Positions 15,862 through 22,457 of a DNA stretch of 22,457 bases are shown here, one piece after another. The DNA comes from a bacterium (GTDB taxonomy: Bacteria; Desulfobacterota; DSWW01), in NCBI GenBank assembly GCA_040756235.1, contig JBFLZG010000046.1:1-22457 (forward strand), read 5' to 3'. Position 1 is the stretch's first letter; every line of letters starts with the position of its first letter. The position numbers were made by a program, and so were the translations under genes. The notes under the pieces are model-generated. The model searched no databases and was not told the origin of the DNA. It saw only the letters and a list, made by a program, of their open reading frames with translations.

Positions 15862-16069
15862 GGCTTTTCCTCCCCGGGGGCTGGAGATCTCGACAGGCCG
15901 AGAGAATTCTGGCGACTCGTCCTCAAAATAACATCAAAAAATTCCGATATCTGGGGATGGCTCGAGCACCCCTTTCCGGGAGGGAAACCCTCCGGGCGGA
16001 GGGACCTCTCGGAGGGCCTTTGCGCACGATCTTTCCGCCCTCCTCCGGCCCTGGCGAGGAAGCGCCGCG

Positions 16070-17155
16070 ATGCCGAAAATAGATGCCTTTCTTCGGATCA
16101 TGCAGGACGTGAAGGCTTCGGACCTGCACATCGGGAACGGCTGTGCACCGATGCTGCGGATCCACGGCGTGTTGGAAAGCGCCCGGTACAAGGACCTGAG
16201 TGAGCAAGAGGCGAAGGTCCTCCTCTACGAGCTCCTCACCGACAACCAGATCGAGACCTTCGAGAAGATGGGCGAGCTGGACTTCGCCTACACCCTGCAG
16301 GGCACGGGCCGCTTCCGGGTGAATCTCTTCAGGAAACACACCGGGCTGGCCGCAGCCTTCCGCATGGTTCCGGAGCAGATCCCGACCCTGGAGGGCCTCG
16401 GCTTCCCGGAAACGTTGAAGAAGATGCTCCACCACAGGCAGGGGCTGGTCCTGGTCACCGGGCCGACCAACTCGGGAAAATCGACCACCCTGGCCGCCAT
16501 GGTGGATTACCTCAACGAGCACAGCAACCAGCACATCATCACCCTGGAAGACCCGCTCGAGTTCGTCCACTCGAACAAGAACTGCCTGATCCACCAGCGC
16601 CAGGTCGGCGAGCACACCCGCTCGTTCGCCAACGCCCTGCGCTCGGCCCTCCGGGAGGACCCCAACGTCGTCCTCGTCGGAGAGATGCGCGACAACGAGA
16701 CCATCTCCCTGGCCCTGACAGCGGCAGAGGTCGGCCTGCTCGTCCTGGCCACGCTGCACACGAAGTCGGCGGCCCAGACCATCACCCGTCTGGTCGACGC
16801 GTTCCCCGTGGACCAGCAGACCCAGATCCGCCTGATCCTCTCCGAAGTGCTCGTGGGGATCTGCTCCCAGCAGCTGCTGCGGCGGACGGACGGCAGCGGG
16901 CGCGTGGCGGCGCTGGAAATCCTCGTGCGCAATCACGCGGTGGCCAACCTCATCCGGGAATACAAGCCCCACCAGATCAACAACTGCATTCTCACCGGAA
17001 AGAAGGAAGGCATGCAGCTCATGGAGCAGCATCTCAAAGATTTGATCGGACGCAACCTGGTGACCGTCGAAGAGGCCGCCCGATTCGTCGAGAACCCGCA
17101 GGCGCTGCTCTGCCTGGCCAAGCCTGCGGCGGCTTCCGCCAACACCGCTCCCTGA
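16070..17155 (+). CDS. pilT: Type IV pilus retraction ATPase PilT family
   Basis: ASDLH, Walker A GPTNSGKSTT, TLEDPLE, ALREDPNVVLVGEMRD Walker B, TLHT, and AVANLIRE (AIRNLIRE-like PilT signature). Confidence 0.93.
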   Translation: MPKIDAFLRIMQDVKASDLHIGNGCAPMLRIHGVLESARYKDLSEQEAKVLLYELLTDNQIETFEKMGELDFAYTLQGTGRFRVNLFRKHTGLAAAFRMVPEQIPTLEGLGFPETLKKMLHHRQGLVLVTGPTNSGKSTTLAAMVDYLNEHSNQHIITLEDPLEFVHSNKNCLIHQRQVGEHTRSFANALRSALREDPNVVLVGEMRDNETISLALTAAEVGLLVLATLHTKSAAQTITRLVDAFPVDQQTQIRLILSEVLVGICSQQLLRRTDGSGRVAALEILVRNHAVANLIREYKPHQINNCILTGKKEGMQLMEQHLKDLIGRNLVTVEEAARFVENPQALLCLAKPAAASANTAP

Positions 17156-17165
17156 GGTCGAACCG

Positions 17166-19283
17166 ATGGCCCGTCAGCGACTCGACCAGATCCTGCTGGC
17201 CCGAGGGCTGGTCACGGAAGATCAGATCCGCCAGGCCCTGATGCGCCAGAAGTCCCACGGCGGAAGGCTCGGCACGCATCTGCTGTACCTGCGGTTCGTC
17301 AGTGAGAAGCAGCTGATCGAAGCGCTCGAACAGCACTTCGGGGTGCCGGGCATCGAGCTGGGCGGCAGACAGGTGCCGGAAGACGTCATCCGGGCCGTGC
17401 CCGACAAGATCGTGCTGGAAGGTCTCGTGTTCCCCTTCGGCTTCGACGTGGACACGCGGACGCTGCACCTGGCCGTGGTGGATCCCGAGAACCCGGCGGC
17501 GGTGGACCAGGCCCGACGGGCGGCCATGGCCAGGGAGGCCCGGGTCTACGTGGCGGCCGAAAGCACCCTGCACGCCGCTATTCAGGTGCACTACCGCAAG
17601 GGGTCCTGGAAGGACGCGACGGCGCAGATCGTCGAGCTGCCGGAGCTGTTCGTGGAGACGGACAGGGAGAGAGCCGGAGCGGACGAGACGGGCCGGGACG
17701 ACACCCTGCCGTCTCCCATCCCCCAGCGGGACGTGGTCCTCGTATCCCGGACCTCTTTCCTGAAGACCTTCCTCGTGCCCATTTTCGAGCGTGAAGGGTG
17801 CAGCCTCTCCGTGATCGGCGACCCGGATCTTCTCGCTTCCTATCTGCAGGAACGCCGGCCGGACCACATCCTCGTGGGGGGCGACCTGGAGGGCGAGCTC
17901 GCCGAATGGGAACGGAGCGGCCGCGTCTCCCTGCCCCGCGTGGAGAGGGTGTCCGTATCGAGCGTGAGCGGCTCGCTGCTGGACCAAGCGGTCCCTTACG
18001 ACAGGATGGTGGCCAGCCTGCTGCAGTCGCTCATGCAACTGGCCGATCACCGCTCGGCCGGCCTCGACTGGACGCCTCCCTATGCAGACATCTGCAGGGA
18101 CGTCCGCGAGCTGGCCCGCTCGCTCGATCTGAACCGCCTGGCGGTGGACGGGCTCCAGATCGCTTCTCTCATGCTCGTCCCGGCCGGGCACCCTGCGGGC
18201 CGGCGCGGGCTCGACCCCTTCGTGCTGGCCGTCGATTTTTTTGCCGACATCCCGCTCTCCCTCTCCACCGCCCGCTCGCTCCTTTTCCCCTGGAACACGG
18301 AAGCCTGTCTGCGCGCGTTCTTTCAGCTCCTCTCCGGAAGCCGGGCACCTTCCCCCGCCCCGGAAGAGCGGGAGCTGCTCTTCGGCGCCCGCATCCTGGC
18401 CCTCGCCTGGTTCCGCCACGCATCCGCGGCCCTGGGCAAGGGATCGCCGGAAGAGGTGATCGAGGCCCTGCGGGGCGGACACGCGGAGGGCCGAGGATCC
18501 GCTCTCGGTTCCGAGGCCGTGGAGGCGTACATTCGGCTTCTCGGAAAGCAGCGCAAGAAGGCCTGGTCGGGCGCGCCGGACAGCATCTTCGTCCTCAGCG
18601 AGCCGGGCAGCACCTGCAGGCGTCTTTCGGAGCGGCTCCGGGAGGCCGGCTTCCGCCTTGTGGAGACGGCCGAGCCCGCCGAAGTCCGGCACCTCTACGA
18701 CCGCAAACGTCCGGACAGCATCATCGTGGACTACGACGTTTACCCCGATGAAGCTGCCGAGCTCAGCCGCCTGGCAAGAAAGGACCCCAGGACCCTGCTC
18801 TATGCGGTCACGACAAAGGCCGGCCCGGCCGCCGTCCTCGGCCTTCTCGACTGCGGCTTCTCAGACGTCTTCGTCCCCCCGCTCAACTACGACATCCTGG
18901 TCACCCGGATCAAGAACGCCCTGGCCGGCCTGGCCCACCAGGACGCCCTGATGGCAGGACAGCACGGGTTTGCCGGCTCTTTCCGGGAGCTCGCGTTCGT
19001 CGACCTCGTGCAAGCCCTGGCGGTGAGCCAGCGCAACGTGCGCGTCCACCTGGCAAGGCGTGGCGGCGAGACGGCGAGTCTGTTTCTGCGGGAGGGGCAG
19101 GTGAGCTTTGCCGCATGCGGCGCTGCGTCCGGCGAGGAGGCGGTCTACCGGATCATGGCTTGGCGGGACGAAGGCTCGTTCCGGCTCGAGTCCGTCAACC
19201 GCTATCCGCCGGACAACGTGACCTCGCCCACGGATTTCGTTCTCATGGAAGGGTGCAGGCTCCTGGACGAAGGCAAGCTGTGA
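17166..19283 (+). CDS. Multidomain signalling protein: MshEN/T2SSE-N + pseudo-receiver + degenerate HD-GYP-like + receiver-like + DUF4388
   Basis: Tandem MshEN-like motifs (RLDQILLARGLV...Q; RLGTHLL...). REC-like segments (RRPDHILV; KRPDSIIVD), GARILALA HD-GYP-like helix, and a C-terminal GFAGSF...DLVQ...GEEAVY...GSF...LMEG DUF4388 pattern. Starts 10 bp after pilT. Confidence 0.8.
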   Translation: MARQRLDQILLARGLVTEDQIRQALMRQKSHGGRLGTHLLYLRFVSEKQLIEALEQHFGVPGIELGGRQVPEDVIRAVPDKIVLEGLVFPFGFDVDTRTLHLAVVDPENPAAVDQARRAAMAREARVYVAAESTLHAAIQVHYRKGSWKDATAQIVELPELFVETDRERAGADETGRDDTLPSPIPQRDVVLVSRTSFLKTFLVPIFEREGCSLSVIGDPDLLASYLQERRPDHILVGGDLEGELAEWERSGRVSLPRVERVSVSSVSGSLLDQAVPYDRMVASLLQSLMQLADHRSAGLDWTPPYADICRDVRELARSLDLNRLAVDGLQIASLMLVPAGHPAGRRGLDPFVLAVDFFADIPLSLSTARSLLFPWNTEACLRAFFQLLSGSRAPSPAPEERELLFGARILALAWFRHASAALGKGSPEEVIEALRGGHAEGRGSALGSEAVEAYIRLLGKQRKKAWSGAPDSIFVLSEPGSTCRRLSERLREAGFRLVETAEPAEVRHLYDRKRPDSIIVDYDVYPDEAAELSRLARKDPRTLLYAVTTKAGPAAVLGLLDCGFSDVFVPPLNYDILVTRIKNALAGLAHQDALMAGQHGFAGSFRELAFVDLVQALAVSQRNVRVHLARRGGETASLFLREGQVSFAACGAASGEEAVYRIMAWRDEGSFRLESVNRYPPDNVTSPTDFVLMEGCRLLDEGKL

Positions 19284-19383
19284 CTTCCGGCCGTGCAGGC
19301 CCGGCTCCTCATCCCCGATCGCGGCCCGCATCAACGCTCCCGGATTCCTTGTCGCCTCCCATCGGGTCTCGGATCACGAGGCC

Positions 19384-19409
19384 GCAGACGATTCAGCTGA
19401 ATCGTCTGC
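19384..19409. repeat. Perfect 26-bp palindrome GCAGACGATTCAGCTGAATCGTCTGC
   Basis: Exact self-reverse-complement with no spacer, in the intergenic region between convergent genes. Confidence 0.85.
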
Positions 19410-19690
19410 CGGGGCGTGCGTCCCCTCGGACCCGCCCTCGGCGGGCCCCTGCCGGCAGATGGCGTGGCGCCTTCGCGCATCCGGCTCGAGTGGATTTCAG
19501 AGCGTAAAGAGCGGGCTCCGGCTGCATCGACCGGACGGGAAGGACATTGCATCTAGTGTAATGAGCTTGAACACTATATAGCAAACAGGCTGGAGTCTGT
19601 CAGAGGAAGTACTGCTGAAATGGATGGAAGTACGATGCAGCAGTAATGTGTCGCGGACGCTCCGCGTTGATCGCGGCCTCGATCGAGGCC

Positions 19691-20740
19691 TTACTCCCGA
19701 CCGGCCTGTTCGACGAATTCCTTCCACCCCCCCTCACCGGTGAAGGCGCCGGAATACAGCGCCGGGGCACCCTCCTCCGCCATCCGCTCGTAGCGGAGGA
19801 TCTCGCGGTACGCGGCATCGATCCTCTGCGCCGGGGTGCGATCACCAGGGTCCGCGGCCGGAGGGACCGGCTGTTGGAAAAACGAGATGCAGCGCCGCCT
19901 CCCCCAGGGATTCGTGAGGATGATCTCCGGCCGGGCCGTGTCGGGTTCGGCCGGCGCTTCGTCGATCCGCACCGCGAGCGGGTCGTATGCCGCCAGGGCG
20001 CGCAACGATCGTCCCACCTCCGCATCGGGAAGCCGCAGCCGGTAGCGCCGCTCCACCAGCTGCCCGCCCTCTCCGCGGACCGCGCGGACCAGCACCGCGC
20101 CCGAGCCCGCCAGAAGGATGTCCCGTCCCCCGAACGGCCCCTGCAAGTCCCGCAGCTCCACCCGCACCCGCCCCCAGTCGGCCCGGTCCCCGAGGAACAC
20201 CGAAGTTTCGTTTTCGAGGCCGAGGTCGATGAGATCCTCCACCCTCGGGGTGAGACCTCGGCGCCGGGCGATTTCAGCGTTGTAGAGGATTCCGTATTGC
20301 ACCGCGTTGCGCAGCGCCTGCCGGTACGCGGCCGGGCAGTCCTCGGAGTGCACCGGGTCGATGCAGCCGGCGCCGATCGGCACGCTCTCCGATTCCGGCA
20401 GCCCCTGCACCGGTCCCTGGATGGACAGCGGGCGGGAGGACTCCTCCAGGGCCAGGAAAAAGACCTTCACCTTTCCCCGGGCGATATCCTTGTTCGCGTC
20501 CTCGACCGCCTCCTGCGGAACATACGCGCCGTACTCGGCAATCCGGGCCCTGAGGTAGCTGTCTTCCGCGTCCATGGCAGCCTCTCGGTTCGATGCGAAC
20601 GGGCGCTTCCCGGGGTCCGCGATGATGCGAGCTCCGCCGTCTTCCTCTGCCGGGAGGGGACCTGCCGTCACCAGGAGCGCTCCCGCGAGGAGGATTCCGC
20701 GGGAGCCGAACAACCCTTTCATGGTACCGCGCAAGCGCAT
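19691..20740 (-). CDS. Hypothetical secreted protein
   Basis: Signal-peptide-like GILLAGALLVTAGPLPA and strong GC3 bias. The start may be 20740 or 20722. ANKDIARG...GC...YN is reminiscent of FEKKY-type domains. Confidence 0.7.
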   Translation of the reverse strand: MRLRGTMKGLFGSRGILLAGALLVTAGPLPAEEDGGARIIADPGKRPFASNREAAMDAEDSYLRARIAEYGAYVPQEAVEDANKDIARGKVKVFFLALEESSRPLSIQGPVQGLPESESVPIGAGCIDPVHSEDCPAAYRQALRNAVQYGILYNAEIARRRGLTPRVEDLIDLGLENETSVFLGDRADWGRVRVELRDLQGPFGGRDILLAGSGAVLVRAVRGEGGQLVERRYRLRLPDAEVGRSLRALAAYDPLAVRIDEAPAEPDTARPEIILTNPWGRRRCISFFQQPVPPAADPGDRTPAQRIDAAYREILRYERMAEEGAPALYSGAFTGEGGWKEFVEQAGRE

Positions 20741-20901
20741 CTTCCGGCGTCCTTCCCGCTCTTCCATATACAGCCATTTTCAGAAATTCGCCAGGGCAAA
20801 TTCGTAACTCCCATTCCGCTTTCTGTAAGCAGGACGGGTGCTCGGCCGGAAGAGGAGAAGAGCTTTCATCAAATCCGGGCAACTTTCCCGCCATCGGGGG
20901 C

Positions 20902-20917
20902 TGGCACAGAGGTTGCT
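20902..20917 (+). promoter_or_regulatory. Sigma54 (RpoN) -24/-12 promoter
   Basis: TGGCAC-AGAGG-TTGCT matches the TGGCAC-N5-TTGCW consensus. It is intergenic and oriented toward the CDS at 21036. Confidence 0.8.
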
Positions 20918-21035
20918 GCCACTCTGCTCGATTCAACAGTCGGTATCTCTGGACGCTTAGGACTCGGTCCCGGTCGGATGGAGCGTGGCCGTGTGCCAGG
21001 TGCAAGCCCGACACCGGGCGAGTTGGGGAGCCGGA

Positions 21036-22457
21036 ATGAGCTGCAGCGTCTCCACCCGACAAGGCCTGAATCGCGCTCGGCATCTGGTTGCTCTGCTCAT
21101 CGTGATCGCCTCCAGCACGGCGGCCCAGGGCCGCGCCGCGCCGGTGGTATCCGGGTGCCCCGTGTTCCCCTCCGACAATGTCTGGAACACCGCCGTCGAC
21201 ACGATGCCGATCGACCCTCAGTCATCAGCCTATGTCGCCACCATCGGGGCCAGCAAGGGCGTTCATCCGGACTTCGGCTCAGGCACATGGGACGGAGGCC
21301 CGATCGGCATCCCCTTCAACGTCGTTCCCGGATCGCAGCCCAAGGTGCCGATCTCCTTTGACTATGATGACGAGAGCGACCCCGGACCCTACCCCATACC
21401 GCCTGAACCTGCCATCGAGGGCGGCAGCAACTCAACAGGAGATCGGCACGTGCTGGTGGTGGATCAAGATGCCTGCAAGCTTTACGAGACATGGTCCGCC
21501 TATCCCCAACCTGGCGGATCCTGGCACGCAGGCTCCGGGGCGTTCTTCGACCTGCGATCGAATGGCTTGCGGCCGCAAGGGTGGACGTCCTCTGACGCAG
21601 CCGGGCTGCCCGTTCTCCCGGGGCTGGTCCGTTATGAGGAGGTGGCTTCCGGCGAGATCACCCATGCCTTGCGGTTCACGGCATCGCAGACCAGACGGGC
21701 CTATGTCTGGCCGGCCCGTCACTACGCCTCGAGCCTCACCGGCACACAGTATCCGCCCATGGGGCAGCGGTTCAGGCTCAGGGCGAGCTTCGAGGTCTCC
21801 GGCTTTTCCCCTCAGGTGCAGGTCATTCTCAGGGCCCTCAAGCGCTATGGGATGATCCTTGCGGACAACGGCTCGTCCTGGTACATCTCCGGCGTGCCCG
21901 ACCCGCGCTGGAACAACGATGTCCTGGTCGACGAGCTCGGGCGAGTGACCGGCGCGGACTTCGAGGCCGTGGATGAGTCCTCGCTCATGGTCGACCCGGA
22001 GTCGGCGCAGGCGCGTGTCCCGGAGTCATGCCTCGACGGCGACGGGGATCACTACGGGGACCCGGCCAGCCCGGGCTGCTCGCACCCGGAGGCTGACTGC
22101 AATGACGCCGACCCCGACGTGAACCCCGGCCGGTCCGAGATCCAGGGGAACGGGATCGATGACGACTGCGACCCGACTACCCCGGACGAATTTGCCTGGA
22201 CCGCAGCAGAGGCAGAGGCATCAGGGGCGGCGGCAAGCGGTACGTCCTCGGCAGCAGATTCCAAGGCCATCCATCTGCTTGCGGCCCTCCTCCTGCCCCT
22301 CGGGACGGTGGTGGGTATGAGGCTGCAATTACGGGGAGCAGGGACTGGATTCCGGCCTTCGAGGCTGTGTCATAAGCCGGGCAAACCCTCATGCGGCCAC
22401 TCATTCCGGAGGACTCAGCGGTGCGGCCACATGCTTTCCGTCATTCCGGGGAAGGAG
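21036..22457 (+). CDS. Secreted/surface protein with a MopE-related putative metal-binding motif and a C-terminal membrane anchor (partial, no stop in window)
   Basis: Manual translation from ATG 21036 (GGGGAG upstream) gives a signal peptide, a globular domain (CPVFPSDNVWNT...GDRH...WTSSDAAGLP...YGMILADNG), CLDGDGDHYGD...DCNDADPDVNPGRSEIQGNGIDDDCD, then hydrophobic AIHLLAALLLPLGTVVG. Open for 474 codons to the window end; absent from the supplied track. Confidence 0.85.
   Translation, partial: MSCSVSTRQGLNRARHLVALLIVIASSTAAQGRAAPVVSGCPVFPSDNVWNTAVDTMPIDPQSSAYVATIGASKGVHPDFGSGTWDGGPIGIPFNVVPGSQPKVPISFDYDDESDPGPYPIPPEPAIEGGSNSTGDRHVLVVDQDACKLYETWSAYPQPGGSWHAGSGAFFDLRSNGLRPQGWTSSDAAGLPVLPGLVRYEEVASGEITHALRFTASQTRRAYVWPARHYASSLTGTQYPPMGQRFRLRASFEVSGFSPQVQVILRALKRYGMILADNGSSWYISGVPDPRWNNDVLVDELGRVTGADFEAVDESSLMVDPESAQARVPESCLDGDGDHYGDPASPGCSHPEADCNDADPDVNPGRSEIQGNGIDDDCDPTTPDEFAWTAAEAEASGAAASGTSSAADSKAIHLLAALLLPLGTVVGMRLQLRGAGTGFRPSRLCHKPGKPSCGHSFRRTQRCGHMLSVIPGKE
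22345..22457. repeat. Nested REP-like/MITE-like repeat fragments
   Basis: CTGGATTCCGGCCTTCG (22345-22361) looks like a truncated REP half and abuts GAGGCTGTGTCATAA (22361-22375). A new CGTCATTCCGGG half begins at 22439. Confidence 0.55.

Noticed and set aside
15960..16030. c-di-GMP-I riboswitch upstream of pilT
   Set aside because: A GAAA-containing hairpin is present, but the conserved GGCAAACC...GACGCAAAGC core is absent.
17034..18692. 552-aa minus-strand ORF (likewise 255-1883, 7733-9124, 11632-12846, 15923-17032)
   Set aside because: Shadow or alternative-frame ORFs overlapping genes with clear family motifs.
19646..21361. 571-aa plus-strand ORF
   Set aside because: Arg/Pro/Gly-rich, antisense to 19691-20740 and out of frame with the real CDS at 21036.
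1..22457. CRISPR array, tRNA/rRNA, transposase or integrase
   Set aside because: No regularly spaced direct repeats, recognisable structural RNA genes or recombinase motifs were seen.

Overview
GC-rich bacterial DNA; the gene content resembles Deltaproteobacteria-type (Desulfobacterota/Myxococcota-like) genomes, which is an inference. No rRNA, tRNA, CRISPR array or transposase is seen. About 18 CDS, in order: (1) an acetyl-CoA hydrolase/transferase-GNAT fusion with a degenerate catalytic site and its upstream secreted hypothetical; (2) a leaderless RHH/Zn-ribbon regulator + lipase + small helical protein operon; (3) a TauE exporter and an SDR, the SDR bracketed by inverted REP-like doublets; (4) a B12-binding radical SAM enzyme; (5) a three-gene operon of divergent enzymes (M24 hydrolase, core MetE-like protein, PreA/DHOD-like flavo-FeS protein) behind a 10-bp inverted repeat; (6) a probable 5'-truncated gene and a DUF4331 protein; (7) a Tat-signal amidohydrolase lacking its whole catalytic barrel; (8) a PilT ATPase coupled to an MshEN/pseudo-REC/HD-like/DUF4388 protein; (9) a secreted hypothetical; and (10) a sigma54-preceded surface protein with a MopE-type metal-binding repeat, which is missing from the ORF track and runs off the window end through nested repeats. 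Family calls come from motif recognition by eye, not database searches.
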